Numbered from the stretch's first letter, positions 7,934 to 18,975 are shown. The stretch: DNA of 64,000 bases from a virus (IMGVR_UViG_3300013005_000022:54443-118442); one strand, 5' to 3'. Numbers and translations are program-made. Notes: a model not told the origin generated them from the letters alone.

Positions 7934-8149
7934 ATGGCATCAGAATTTCATACAACTCGTAGAGGATCTAAATTTTACGATTTCGATCTTCCAAAATTAG
8001 CCGAGCAATTAGAAAGAATTGCAAACGCTTTAGAAAGCAAAAATAAAATCGAAGAAAAACGATTGGTTCTAGAACAGAAAAAATTACTTAAAGAAAGCAA
8101 AGATGCCAGAATTACCGGAAGTAGCGAGGACAGCAACGAGTCTGAATGA
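7934..8149 (+). CDS. hypothetical protein (charged, coiled-coil-like)
   Basis: 71-aa ORF; 3' end overlaps the Fpg-like gene start. Confidence 0.4.
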   Translation: MASEFHTTRRGSKFYDFDLPKLAEQLERIANALESKNKIEEKRLVLEQKKLLKESKDARITGSSEDSNESE

Positions 8150-8921
8150 TAGAATGCAAAACTCAGAAATTTCTGAGATAAACATTTTATCGGGTAGATA
8201 CTCTAGACACGGAAACCCTCCAGGTTTTGATGAATTTATTAATAACCTTCCTATGAAGGTAGACAAAGTTTCCTTTTCTGGGAAACTTTTGATCTTTTAT
8301 TTGAAAGATAAAAACGACAAATCTTGGTTTATTTGGAATACTTTAGGAATGTCCGGTGGATGGAGATTAGAACATACAAAACACGGACATGTTGAAGTAA
8401 TAACCAATCAAGGTAAATTCTACTTTACTGACCCTAGAAATTTCGGTACCATGAGATTTACTGATTCCGAAGAACTTACTCGAAGAAAGGCAAATGGTAT
8501 TGGACCAAATCATTTACAACACGAAATTACTGATGAGTTATTCAAAACTCGTCTAATGAAATTTCCTCATCTAACTCTACCTGCCGTAATGATGAATCAA
8601 AATCTGATAGGTGGTATTGGTAATTACATTAAAGCCGAGGCACTCTATCGAGCTCGTCTATCACCTCATCGAACAGTTGAATCTTTAACTGATACAGATT
8701 TTAGTTTACTAAATGAATCGGTTAGAGAAGTAATCGTTGGATCTTATGAAAATCGAGGAGCTACTATACGAACATATGCTGGACTTGATGGTGAATCAGG
8801 AGATTTTCCATTCTTCTTCAAAGTTTATGGAAGAAAGACATGTGAAGCCGGTCATCCAGTAATTACTGAAGGAACCCAAGACGGAAGAACTACATGGTGG
8901 GTTCCACAAATTCAAATCTAA
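8103..8921 (+). CDS. formamidopyrimidine-DNA glycosylase / endonuclease VIII family (Fpg/Nei)
   Basis: N-terminus MPELPEV is the Fpg/Nei catalytic signature (Pro2, Glu3, Glu6); ~270 aa with an H2TH-like central region. Confidence 0.75.
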   Translation: MPELPEVARTATSLNDRMQNSEISEINILSGRYSRHGNPPGFDEFINNLPMKVDKVSFSGKLLIFYLKDKNDKSWFIWNTLGMSGGWRLEHTKHGHVEVITNQGKFYFTDPRNFGTMRFTDSEELTRRKANGIGPNHLQHEITDELFKTRLMKFPHLTLPAVMMNQNLIGGIGNYIKAEALYRARLSPHRTVESLTDTDFSLLNESVREVIVGSYENRGATIRTYAGLDGESGDFPFFFKVYGRKTCEAGHPVITEGTQDGRTTWWVPQIQI

Positions 8922-8934
8922 TCATATAATCATT

Positions 8935-9348
8935 ATGGAATTATTCGATCTTGTCAGAACTATGTTTTCTGATCCAAATAAATATGCAAAGCTATCTTAT
9001 CATGATAAAGCCAAAAACTTTTTTATGATTCAAAGATTCATGTCTATAAAATACCCAACTACTGCTCAATCACTTAATCGAGTAGGTGCAAATCCTGGTG
9101 CTGTTGTTGATCTATGGCAACTCGTCGCTTCGAGATTTAGCAAAGTTCCTGGATGGATATATACAAAGACTAAGAAAGTATCTACAGGAACCGAAAAGCG
9201 ATGGAAACCAGATGCAGAACTTGCAACGATATGGATGCAAAGAAATGCAGTTGGCCAAAGAGAATTAGACGAATGTATTCGATATCGTCCAGACGAAATG
9301 AAAAAACTTTTCAAATCGCTAGAAAAACAGATTGGAATGTATGACTGA
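8935..9348 (+). CDS. hypothetical protein
   Basis: 137-aa ORF. Confidence 0.5.
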   Translation: MELFDLVRTMFSDPNKYAKLSYHDKAKNFFMIQRFMSIKYPTTAQSLNRVGANPGAVVDLWQLVASRFSKVPGWIYTKTKKVSTGTEKRWKPDAELATIWMQRNAVGQRELDECIRYRPDEMKKLFKSLEKQIGMYD

Positions 9349-9994
9349 TTACATATCACCGTTAGTACAACCTTTAATTCTCGAAATATTCCTATACCAA
9401 AACAACTACAAAGATCGTTTACTGGTATCTGAGTTACGAAAGAAAACCAACATCATCCAAAATGGAGAAGATGAAAATTCGTTTTTTGTTAAGGCGGATG
9501 ATGTGTTTCTGGTGATTACTTCCAAGTTTGCCAAAGATCTAGATATATTCAGAAATTCATCAGATAAAACTCTCTTTAAGAATGCCACTTCCATTTACTT
9601 TTTAGATACTATTCTATCGAGATTTCAATCTCTAAAGTACTTCAAAGTGAATGTTTCTCAATCTACTAATTTTAGTCGAGAGAAAGAAAATATCATCAAT
9701 TTTGATTATCGTATAGCACATTCTCGAATAGATCTAACTGCAGATTTTGATGGTGTAGATCTATTTTTAATGGAATGTATCCTTCGAGATATTGGGGTCT
9801 TTACATATGATATTCTTAAACCAAAGGCCTTTACCGAGATACAAGCACACGATTTAATAGATAAACTGTCCATTTATGCCTCTACCCTCGAAGAAGGCAG
9901 CGAAGAATTCGAAATCATTCATAGAATCCTTATGATTATCGGTCCAAAACTAGAGAAGGATAATTCAATCCTGCTTCTAATTGTTAAGAAGTAA
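9332..9994 (+). CDS. hypothetical protein
   Basis: 220-aa ORF. Confidence 0.5.
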   Translation: MECMTDYISPLVQPLILEIFLYQNNYKDRLLVSELRKKTNIIQNGEDENSFFVKADDVFLVITSKFAKDLDIFRNSSDKTLFKNATSIYFLDTILSRFQSLKYFKVNVSQSTNFSREKENIINFDYRIAHSRIDLTADFDGVDLFLMECILRDIGVFTYDILKPKAFTEIQAHDLIDKLSIYASTLEEGSEEFEIIHRILMIIGPKLEKDNSILLLIVKK

Positions 9995-10025
9995 GTTGAA
10001 TATATAAAAAAACATATTCCCGCGA

Positions 10026-10427
10026 ATGTCAGGACAAAATCCACTAGTAGACAAAAGATTTGAGGAAATCTTATCAGCAATTCAAACAATCCAATCGAAA
10101 TTACCGAATGGGGAAATAGAGAGCATGAAATCGATGATTGTGTCTATGCAAATAGATCAAAAGGTGATAAAAGAGGATCTAGAATATTTCAAAAAACGAT
10201 TATTTAATCCGGATGATGGTGTAATCGTAAGAATCAACAAAAATACCGACTCCATTGAAAGATTTGGGAAAGAAGTAGAAGATATAATCGATGATTATCC
10301 TAAAATCCTTTCTAGACTAGAATCTCTTGAATCGTGGAGAGACGGAGTAAACAAAGCACTTTGGATAATTTACACATCTATTATAGGTTTGATTCTTACT
10401 GCAGTTTTCGGCATTATTTTAAAATAA
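10026..10427 (+). CDS. hypothetical protein with C-terminal transmembrane helix
   Basis: Hydrophobic C-terminus WIIYTSIIGLILTAVFGIIL. Confidence 0.5.
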   Translation: MSGQNPLVDKRFEEILSAIQTIQSKLPNGEIESMKSMIVSMQIDQKVIKEDLEYFKKRLFNPDDGVIVRINKNTDSIERFGKEVEDIIDDYPKILSRLESLESWRDGVNKALWIIYTSIIGLILTAVFGIILK

Positions 10428-10436
10428 TCAAGCTCA

Positions 10437-12260
10437 ATGAGATATTTACTCAATATATCTGCAAACAATAACACTTACAAAGCTAACGACACATTAGTCG
10501 TTAAGTTATCAGAAGCATTTGATCTAATTGGATCTATACAATCAATTTCATTTGATTTTTCTCCCTTAGATACCGCTGAAAATGGCCACGATATTTCTAT
10601 TCGTTGGTCATATGATAATATGGTATGGGCAGCTTGGGAACCTTGGTCTGTGCGAACTACATCAGTAGCAAATCAACAGGACCTAATTGATAAAATCATT
10701 ACTGGTCACGATAGTTTCTTCTTAGAGTTTCGTTTAACTCGTTATGGAACCGACGTAGGAACGAGAACTCTTACTCAAATGGCAATGGAATATGAGACTA
10801 GAAATCCTGCTGAACAAATGGTGGAATCGCCTTTTGGAAAGGCCTCTTGTTATGCTCAATGTTCGCCATCTCAAAATTTCTATACTGGAGTTAGAATCGA
10901 TTGCGATCCAAGACTTCTATTTCAACCTTACAATTTAATGAATCCAGCAATCAACTTCTATCGAGAAGCTGCTTGTGCTGTATCTGAGATGTTTGGTCAT
11001 TGTGTTCGTTATTTCAAAACTCAAGCCGATACGGCTTCGGCTGATGCAGTACTTAAGGAATACTCTTTATTCAACGTGACTGATGTTAAAGACATCAAAA
11101 TCATGGTGCCGGATAACACATTCCCTGATAACTCAATATCTTTCTTACCTTATGATATGGATTTCGGTGAAGGTATTGAAATTCATATTGTTAGAGATCA
11201 CTTCGAAAGAGCATTCGGTGTAGATGATTTACCTGAACAAAAAGATTATCTGTACTTTCCTTTAATTGATCGTATGTTTGAAGTTCATTCGGCATATTTA
11301 TACAGAGACTTTATGATGTCTCAAGTTTATTACAAAGTAATGCTTTATAAATGGCAGGATAAACTTAACGTAATGAGAGATATCAAAGAGATCAATGATT
11401 ATGTAGATAACTTAACTGAAAACTTTGATGAGGTTCTTCAACCAGAAATTGACAAAGAATTCTTGAAAATAACAAAGCCTGATCAATATACAACAGTAAA
11501 CATTGGAGGATTTGATAAAGTTAGATCTCTTGTTAATAAAGATCTACAAATAAAAACATATGACTTAAATAACTACTTCACCGTAGTTGGTAAATACTTC
11601 TATGAATTGAATGCTGGAATTAAGCAAAATGAATTAGCCGTGAAATATAAATTAGCCGTAAATAGACCTGTAAAAGAACATACTGCATTTTCTGCATGGT
11701 TCAAACCTCTTAAATCAAATTGGACAAGTCAAACAAATACTTATGATACCTTATTGAATGGATATAATGATGATGAGAATAAAGGTTATCAAATTAATTT
11801 GCTTTATAACAATGTCAATAATACCGTTGTAACTAGCGGGATTGAAGTTAAGATCAATAATCAAACTCTTCAATTTAATCATAACTTCCCTCAACTAAAT
11901 AGAGAAGAATGGTATGCTATAGTGGTTAATCAACTTAATGACTTTTCACAAGCATCAGTACATATTTGGAAAATGAAATGGTCCCAAGCGGCTCCAACTG
12001 CACAAAAGACTACGGATCTTCAGTTAGTCTATACCGAAAATGTTTCGATGATACCAGAAGAAGTAAAACCTACCTCAACCGCTTTCTCTTTATTAGGAGG
12101 AACTATTGGAATAACCAATGTAAGAATTTGGAACGAATCCATTGAAGAAGAAAAACAGCCAGTGGTTCTAAATCAATATGTAGTAAGAGATTCTCATTTA
12201 TCTTTGGCGATAGACAATGCTATACCTCCACTTAGATTAGTTAAAGAGTATGTTAGATAA
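10437..12260 (+). CDS. hypothetical protein (large, possibly structural)
   Basis: 607-aa ORF upstream of the packaging/tail genes; no motif recognised. Confidence 0.55.
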   Translation: MRYLLNISANNNTYKANDTLVVKLSEAFDLIGSIQSISFDFSPLDTAENGHDISIRWSYDNMVWAAWEPWSVRTTSVANQQDLIDKIITGHDSFFLEFRLTRYGTDVGTRTLTQMAMEYETRNPAEQMVESPFGKASCYAQCSPSQNFYTGVRIDCDPRLLFQPYNLMNPAINFYREAACAVSEMFGHCVRYFKTQADTASADAVLKEYSLFNVTDVKDIKIMVPDNTFPDNSISFLPYDMDFGEGIEIHIVRDHFERAFGVDDLPEQKDYLYFPLIDRMFEVHSAYLYRDFMMSQVYYKVMLYKWQDKLNVMRDIKEINDYVDNLTENFDEVLQPEIDKEFLKITKPDQYTTVNIGGFDKVRSLVNKDLQIKTYDLNNYFTVVGKYFYELNAGIKQNELAVKYKLAVNRPVKEHTAFSAWFKPLKSNWTSQTNTYDTLLNGYNDDENKGYQINLLYNNVNNTVVTSGIEVKINNQTLQFNHNFPQLNREEWYAIVVNQLNDFSQASVHIWKMKWSQAAPTAQKTTDLQLVYTENVSMIPEEVKPTSTAFSLLGGTIGITNVRIWNESIEEEKQPVVLNQYVVRDSHLSLAIDNAIPPLRLVKEYVR

Positions 12261-12445
12261 TGAAATGGGAAGAATGAAGGAGAATTACCTAGTAACTTAC
12301 TAGTACTGCCTGAAGAACTATATTATTTCCTCGATCACCTTAGATAAAGGTTATATGTTAATAATCACTGGTCAGATTCAGTACATTCTTTGATTCATTT
12401 AAGCTTTTTTTGCAAATAATAATAAAACCGAAGAGATGCTATTAG

Positions 12446-13093
12446 ATGCATCCACAAATAACTATGGAAGATAAAAACGATCCAGTAAGAAAATCTATAG
12501 ATGATTTGTTAGCAGAAGATCAACAATCAAATTCTACTCCAGTATTGTCAGGAGGAGGATTACCTGCATTTCAAGTAACAGATCCTTTAGATTATGACGG
12601 AGAAAAAGATATAGCACAAAACAAAGCTAAGAAGTTAATGAATTCTCTTTTGAAATTCTACCTATCACAGGAGTTAATACAAAAGAATGAATACATTACA
12701 CTCAAAGCTAAAATTGATGTAATGACAATGAGTAATCTAATGTTTCAGATGAGAACTGCTGAACATGCTATTGTTACTTTATTACGATCAATTGATGCTG
12801 GTGAAGCTTCTCCACGTATGTTTGAAGTTCTTGGCGGTTTACAAAAAACCATGTTAGATATTATGAAACATCAAACACTTCATATGATGGCTGCTGAAGA
12901 GAACATGAAAAAACTTAAACGTGATATTGATATCTATGGAGATTCAATTGATATCACACCAAAAGATTCAAAACCGCAGATTGCAACCGTTAATAGAGGA
13001 ACTAGAAATTTAATGAGAGACATTCAATCTGAAATCAATGGAGAAGAAATCGAAGAAACGGATTTTGACTCAGAAAATCAAGATGAACTATAA
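12446..13093 (+). CDS. hypothetical protein (acidic C-terminus; small-terminase candidate by position only)
   Basis: 215-aa ORF two genes upstream of the large terminase. Confidence 0.45.
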   Translation: MHPQITMEDKNDPVRKSIDDLLAEDQQSNSTPVLSGGGLPAFQVTDPLDYDGEKDIAQNKAKKLMNSLLKFYLSQELIQKNEYITLKAKIDVMTMSNLMFQMRTAEHAIVTLLRSIDAGEASPRMFEVLGGLQKTMLDIMKHQTLHMMAAEENMKKLKRDIDIYGDSIDITPKDSKPQIATVNRGTRNLMRDIQSEINGEEIEETDFDSENQDEL

Positions 13094-13771
13094 ATGATTA
13101 AGCCAATTAAAGGTACATTTAAAACCTTTCATGATTACATTAAAATTACCGGACATAACGATAAAGAGCTAGATCCCAAGCAATTCACTAGAATTGATAC
13201 GGAAGAGAAGGTCCTTTATCTAACTTTTGATACATGTCCAACCAGCATAGTAGATTTTAGTATCATCAATTGGTTAATAGAAAATAAAATACCAGCAACA
13301 ATATTCCTAAATATTGAATGGTATAAAGAAAACAAATCAAAAGACCTATCATTCTTACAATCACCGCAATTTGAAATCGGTGGTCATGGATACGAACATA
13401 AACGTCCTGCCAATCAAGATTTCCGAGAACAAACATATGATATTGATTCTTGTGTAAATTTTATTGAGAATGAGGTAAAACGAAAGGTAAAATGGTATCG
13501 TTCACCTTACGGAAAACCTAACGAAGACACATTTAATATCCTAGATCCTTTAGGAATTAGATATGCATCTTGGGCAGGACATGTATTCGATAAGAGTGCA
13601 CCAGAGTTACCTAATCCAAACAAAGTTGCATTAGCTTATTTAGCACAAAATACTCAGCCTGGAAATATTCTCGTATTTCATATTAATGGTGAAGGATTTA
13701 ATTCGCTTGAGATCTTAAAGATTGCATATACTTGGGCAACTGAACATGGATATTCGTTCAAAAAGCTATAA
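13094..13771 (+). CDS. polysaccharide deacetylase (NodB/CE4)-like protein
   Basis: LTFDTCP (TFDDG-like motif 1) and GGHGYEH (HxxxH-like motif 2) in NodB order; weak. Confidence 0.35.
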   Translation: MIKPIKGTFKTFHDYIKITGHNDKELDPKQFTRIDTEEKVLYLTFDTCPTSIVDFSIINWLIENKIPATIFLNIEWYKENKSKDLSFLQSPQFEIGGHGYEHKRPANQDFREQTYDIDSCVNFIENEVKRKVKWYRSPYGKPNEDTFNILDPLGIRYASWAGHVFDKSAPELPNPNKVALAYLAQNTQPGNILVFHINGEGFNSLEILKIAYTWATEHGYSFKKL

Positions 13772-13774
13772 TTT

Positions 13775-15565
13775 ATGTTTAAAGTAAAAGAATATAAAGA
13801 GGAAAATTCCGAAGATGATAAAGTAATATGGACTTCCGCGAAAGTTGAAAAACTCCTTGTGGCAATGGAAGAAGGTTATGCTACGGCAGAACATCCATTT
13901 TATGAAGGAGATCCAAATTATCGAAAAGGAAATATCGTCTTTGAATATACGGATTGGGAATACGAAGAAATAAAGAAATGTGCTAAAGACATCATTCATT
14001 TTGCCAATCATTATTGTACAGTAATGACCGATGAAGGTTATATGAAAATTAATCTTCGTCCTTACCAAGAAGATGTACTTCGATCATATCAAGCAAATAG
14101 ATGGAATATCTTTATGGCATCTCGTCAGATTGGTAAAACCATCACATCATCAATCTTCTTAACTTGGTATCTCCTATTTCACTTTGATAAAAACGTACTT
14201 CTTATGTCCAATAAGGGTGCCACCACCAAAGAAATCATGGATAAGATCAAAGCTATCGTTGAAGGTCTTCCATTCTTCTTAAAACCAGGTGTTAATAAGA
14301 AAGACGTTATGACCATGATATTTGATAATAAATGTCGTATCATTGGTCAGAATACTACAAAAACTGGTGGTATTGGATTTACCATCCATTTGCTATTTAT
14401 AGATGAGTTTGCGCACATTCCAGAAGGAATTAAGAGAACCTTCTACGAAAATGTATACCCAACGCTATCATCATCTAAAATATCCAGAGTAATCATAACG
14501 AGTACGCCTAATGGATTTGATCTATTTCATGATTTATACAGTTCAGCTGTCGATGGAACTAACGAATATAAAGCGATGCGAGTCGATTGGTGGCAGGTTC
14601 CTGGTAGAGATGAAGAATGGAAAGAGAGAGAGATTGCTAATTTAGGTTCGCTTGAAGCATTTAATCAACAATATGGTTGTCAATTCTTATCGTCATCGAA
14701 TCTTCTACTTTCATCCGATGAACTTAAAAGACTTAAGAGAGATGAGGTTGAATATATATTCCATGAATTTGATGCACTCGATGATTTAGGTTTAGATTAT
14801 TCTCAACTAAAATGGCACCCAGATTTTGATCCATTATATATTGAAGATCCCAAAAGATTTTTTGTATTTGGAATAGATCTGGCCGAAGGAATAGGACGCG
14901 ACCATTCAGTGATAAATATATTCGAACTTGATTCTTTATCATACGAAGATATCGAAAAACTAGAATCTCCTGGTGGAATCACTGACTTCTTTTCGTTAAA
15001 GCAAGTCGGTTTATTTCGTTCAAATATACATTCAATCGAGAATTTTGCAAAAGTTCTTTATACAATGTCGGTTAAAATATTTGAACAAGAAAATCTTCGT
15101 TTAGTTATTGAGTACAATGTTTATGGTGCAGAGTTGATGAAAAACCTGATTACGCTTTATCCAACATCCAATGATTTTGATGAGGATTCGGTAGTTAGAT
15201 ATCACCATCGAGTAGGAGCCAAAGTTAAACAACCCGGTCTTCGATTGAACAAAGATCTTAAAAAGATTTATTGTGAAAAGATGAAAGCCTTAGTTATGTC
15301 TGGTAAAATCCAGCTAAATGAGAAACAATCTATACACGAAGCCTCTTTGTTTTCTAGAAATCCTACTGGAACATATTCAGCACAAACTGGAAATGATGAC
15401 ATCATCATGACAGCAGTTTCGGTATCATCTTTCTTTGATACTTTAGATTTTGCCGATATCGTAGAAGAGTTCTTCGAATTCTTAGACGATGAAAAAATTG
15501 CCAAAATTGAAGAGATGATAGATGAAATCGGAGATGACAATGGAGAAATATATGATATTTTTTAG
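13775..15565 (+). CDS. terminase large subunit
   Basis: Walker A MASRQIGKT; Walker B LLFIDEFAHI; ~600 aa; immediately upstream of the tail sheath as in T4 (gp17-gp18-gp19). Confidence 0.8.
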   Translation: MFKVKEYKEENSEDDKVIWTSAKVEKLLVAMEEGYATAEHPFYEGDPNYRKGNIVFEYTDWEYEEIKKCAKDIIHFANHYCTVMTDEGYMKINLRPYQEDVLRSYQANRWNIFMASRQIGKTITSSIFLTWYLLFHFDKNVLLMSNKGATTKEIMDKIKAIVEGLPFFLKPGVNKKDVMTMIFDNKCRIIGQNTTKTGGIGFTIHLLFIDEFAHIPEGIKRTFYENVYPTLSSSKISRVIITSTPNGFDLFHDLYSSAVDGTNEYKAMRVDWWQVPGRDEEWKEREIANLGSLEAFNQQYGCQFLSSSNLLLSSDELKRLKRDEVEYIFHEFDALDDLGLDYSQLKWHPDFDPLYIEDPKRFFVFGIDLAEGIGRDHSVINIFELDSLSYEDIEKLESPGGITDFFSLKQVGLFRSNIHSIENFAKVLYTMSVKIFEQENLRLVIEYNVYGAELMKNLITLYPTSNDFDEDSVVRYHHRVGAKVKQPGLRLNKDLKKIYCEKMKALVMSGKIQLNEKQSIHEASLFSRNPTGTYSAQTGNDDIIMTAVSVSSFFDTLDFADIVEEFFEFLDDEKIAKIEEMIDEIGDDNGEIYDIF

Positions 15566-15620
15566 TCACCTAATACATATCAGAAAATCCCAGATATATA
15601 ATTAAAAATAACGACGACCA

Positions 15621-18600
15621 ATGGCAATATCACCTAGTCTACAACAATTCAAATCCTCAGGTGTCTATCGTTTGGAATTTGACAAAAGTCAAATTACCAA
15701 CATCCCATCTGAGACAATCCGTTTAATTATCGGATTCTCAAAAAAAGGACCTTTTAATACTCCGGTTCTTTGTAAAGACACTGTCTTCTTCAAAGAAATT
15801 TTCGGAGATATTGATACTACATTAGAAAGAAAAGGTTCGTTCTTCCACAGAACGGCTCTTGTTTCTCTTGATCGTGGTCCGGTTATTGTATTGAACCTAT
15901 TGAATCTTGACGATACTTTAGATCAATCACAATTCCGTTCTATTTCTACTGCGTCTTGGCAAGCCAATTCACCAGTTAAATATGCTCCAGTATCAAATTA
16001 CTTTAACCAAGATAAATTCTGGTTTACTGATGCTCAAGCACTTATTGACACTGCTGATAACTCTGATTACCAATCAGTTGTTGCTCAAAGATTACTTAAC
16101 GTTGCAAACGTTGGTAGAAAAAACATCTCAATTTTTACTAAGAAATCAACAACTTTAGGTTTTGATGTATTAGCTAAAGATTGGTACGGAACTGGTAAAG
16201 TGCCAGATTTCATCAATGAAAACGATTACATCTCTGATTACATGATCGATTTGATTATCGTTGAAGGTGACTTCTCGGATTACCAATCCCTTGCAATCGA
16301 TCCTATCTACGGAACTTACTTCGATTCAACTGGTTTAAAAACAACCATCACTGATTCTTTTGGAAATTCTTTAGACGGATTAACTCAATTCTTAAACTTA
16401 AATTCAGTTAACGTACTTGGTGTTTACACTGGTTGTTTAATTCCTGAATTCCAAGACAAAAATGGTAATAACCTTTTCATCCAAGATCTAGTTAACCTAG
16501 AAACTTCTAAGACTGGTTTATTACTAGGTATTAACCAAGAAACTATCGATGATGCTCCTGAAACTATTGGAGATGATTTGATCGACTTAGTTGGTCACGG
16601 TATTGAATCTGAAGAACCAACTGTGGTAGATTTCTTATCTTACTACGGTTCAATCGTATCTGCAATTCCTTATGTAGCTGCAACCGGTATTTATAGCTTA
16701 GTAGTTGGTGCTACTTATAGTTCTACTCTATGTGCTGGTGCTCAGGCTATGATGATCGCTTCTGCTTCATTAACCGGCGCTTCTTCTACAAACGGTTGGA
16801 ACTCTAACGTAGGTCACTTTGATACTTTATTAGTATATGGTCCTTCTGCTTCACTTCCTGCTGGTTATTCTTCTAAATTTACTAGTGCTACTGAATTCGC
16901 TACTTTCCGTACCGATATCTCAGTAGATAACACATTTATTAAAGCCGGTGCTTCGAATGGTGTTGCAGGTGCTTCAGGTAACTACTCTTACTTATCATCT
17001 GAATCTTATGATTCTTCAACGGATATCTTAACACTTAAGATCTCTAACGTTGCTGGTGCTGGTGTTACTGGTCCTACTTCAGTTGCTCAAGGTTACTATC
17101 GTTTATTCGCTACAGGATTAACTGCTGGTGGTACTGCTTCTTTACCTCTTATCAAATCAGTAAATTTCAACTTCGCTGAAGGTGGTAATTTATTCAATGG
17201 GGTTGCAAATGATCTTTATCAAGCTAACCTTTCAGGTATTATAACTGATGGAGATAAAATTAAAATCAACAACACTGGAGCTACTGCAGTTGCTTATGCT
17301 GAATTCACTAGAGTTACTGCAAACGACTTTACCGGTGCTACCTTTACTAATGCTGCTGCATTCGGTAATGAGGCTCCTGTATTAAATGCATTCACTAACT
17401 ACATTGAAGTTAATGCTTATACTAACTCAGATTTAAGTAGTGGAGCTACTGCAATTCTTCCACAAACAACTTATGTGGTTAACACTTTAACTGGTGATAT
17501 CAACGAATCTTTCCCTCTATGGGGTGGAACTTCTTACACAAATCCTACTAACGTAGTTTGGGTAGATAATGGTTCTACTGGTCCTTTAGGATTGAATGGT
17601 TTCAATGGTCAAATCATTAAAAATCAATTGTTACTTGAGAACTTCGGTGGAACTGGTGGTGCTACAACTATCAATCCTACTACTGGAAAATCTCGTTTAA
17701 CTAGAATTCTTTCAGTTAGTGAAGTATCTGATCCTACATCTGCTCTTTACAAAAAGATCAAGATTACAACCGTAGATCCTATCTACATTTCAGGAACTAG
17801 TGAAATTGAAAGATATAAAGAGGCTTCTAACTTTGTAACCCACTACCGTGTTACTGCACTTAAAGGTTATACTTTAAGAAGTGGACAAATGCCTGATGGA
17901 AGTACTACTCGTCAAAATGAGATTCTAGATGTTATGTACAATAGTAATATCGCGGCTGCTCTTGCTGATCGTGAAACTATTACTTTCCGTTACATCATCG
18001 ATTCATTCCAAGGAACAATCGAACCTGCAACTAAGATTCGTTTAACTAAACTTGCTAAGAATCGTCAATCCGCATTGGCAATCTGTAATATGCCTTCGGT
18101 GAAACAATTTAAAGATAGTACCAACCCTCTATTCAAATTAAACTCATCTACTCAATTTGATGCTGCTTATATTGCTGATGGTGGTAACCTTTCATTGAAT
18201 CCTTCTAACATATTCACTTTACCAGGTATTGCTGATGGTGCTAACTACTCTGCTTTCTATGGTCCTAACTTAACTATCAGAGAAGCTGGAAAAAATACTT
18301 CAGTTCCTTCTGCCGCTTATGTTGGTAACCTTTATATCGACAAATACACACAAGCACTTCCTTACTCAATCGTTGCTGGTCCTCGTAGAGGTGTGGTAAC
18401 AGGAACTGGTCTTGTAGGTGTTGAATATAATTTCGATAGAACAGATCTAGATTCAATTGAACCATTTGGTTACAACGCAATCGTTAACAAAAGAGGTTTT
18501 GGTTTAACTATTAACGCTAACCAAACTGCTCAACAAACTATAAAATCCGCTCTTTCACAAGTTCACGTAAGAGAGTTGTTAATTTACATCCAAGACGGAA

Positions 18601-18881
18601 TTGAGGCTATCCTTAAAAATTACCGTTGGGAATTCAATACTGCTAACAATCGTTTAGAAATTAAAACTTTAGCAGATAACTTCCTATCACAAATTCTTGC
18701 TGATGGTGGAGTTTACGACTTCCAAAACATCATGGATACTACTAACAACACTACTGAGATCATTGATAACAACTTTGGAATCCTTGATACTTACATCGAA
18801 CCTGTTAGAGGAATGGGTATCTTAGTTCACAGAACTACAATTCTAAGAACTGGTGCTATTTCAACTGGTAACTTTATGTAA
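15621..18881 (+). CDS. tail sheath protein (T4 gp18-like, with large insertions)
   Basis: N-terminus MAISPSLQQFKSSGV vs T4 gp18 MTLLSPGIELKETTV; C-terminal region collinear with the gp18 C-terminus including an identical DTTNNT segment; followed by a tube-like gene. Confidence 0.75.
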   Translation: MAISPSLQQFKSSGVYRLEFDKSQITNIPSETIRLIIGFSKKGPFNTPVLCKDTVFFKEIFGDIDTTLERKGSFFHRTALVSLDRGPVIVLNLLNLDDTLDQSQFRSISTASWQANSPVKYAPVSNYFNQDKFWFTDAQALIDTADNSDYQSVVAQRLLNVANVGRKNISIFTKKSTTLGFDVLAKDWYGTGKVPDFINENDYISDYMIDLIIVEGDFSDYQSLAIDPIYGTYFDSTGLKTTITDSFGNSLDGLTQFLNLNSVNVLGVYTGCLIPEFQDKNGNNLFIQDLVNLETSKTGLLLGINQETIDDAPETIGDDLIDLVGHGIESEEPTVVDFLSYYGSIVSAIPYVAATGIYSLVVGATYSSTLCAGAQAMMIASASLTGASSTNGWNSNVGHFDTLLVYGPSASLPAGYSSKFTSATEFATFRTDISVDNTFIKAGASNGVAGASGNYSYLSSESYDSSTDILTLKISNVAGAGVTGPTSVAQGYYRLFATGLTAGGTASLPLIKSVNFNFAEGGNLFNGVANDLYQANLSGIITDGDKIKINNTGATAVAYAEFTRVTANDFTGATFTNAAAFGNEAPVLNAFTNYIEVNAYTNSDLSSGATAILPQTTYVVNTLTGDINESFPLWGGTSYTNPTNVVWVDNGSTGPLGLNGFNGQIIKNQLLLENFGGTGGATTINPTTGKSRLTRILSVSEVSDPTSALYKKIKITTVDPIYISGTSEIERYKEASNFVTHYRVTALKGYTLRSGQMPDGSTTRQNEILDVMYNSNIAAALADRETITFRYIIDSFQGTIEPATKIRLTKLAKNRQSALAICNMPSVKQFKDSTNPLFKLNSSTQFDAAYIADGGNLSLNPSNIFTLPGIADGANYSAFYGPNLTIREAGKNTSVPSAAYVGNLYIDKYTQALPYSIVAGPRRGVVTGTGLVGVEYNFDRTDLDSIEPFGYNAIVNKRGFGLTINANQTAQQTIKSALSQVHVRELLIYIQDGIEAILKNYRWEFNTANNRLEIKTLADNFLSQILADGGVYDFQNIMDTTNNTTEIIDNNFGILDTYIEPVRGMGILVHRTTILRTGAISTGNFM

Positions 18882-18892
18882 TATTTGATGAA

Positions 18893-18916
18893 GCTAGGAT
18901 CCGCAAGGATCCTAGC
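18893..18916 (+). terminator. stable GNRA-capped stem-loop without U-tract (processing/stability element or weak terminator)
   Basis: GCTAGGATCC-GCAA-GGATCCTAGC perfect 10-bp stem directly after the sheath gene. Confidence 0.35.
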
Positions 18917-18975
18917 CAATTCTTTAACGAAGCACTAAGATAAATAATAAAATACACAAAAAAAGCAAATAAACA

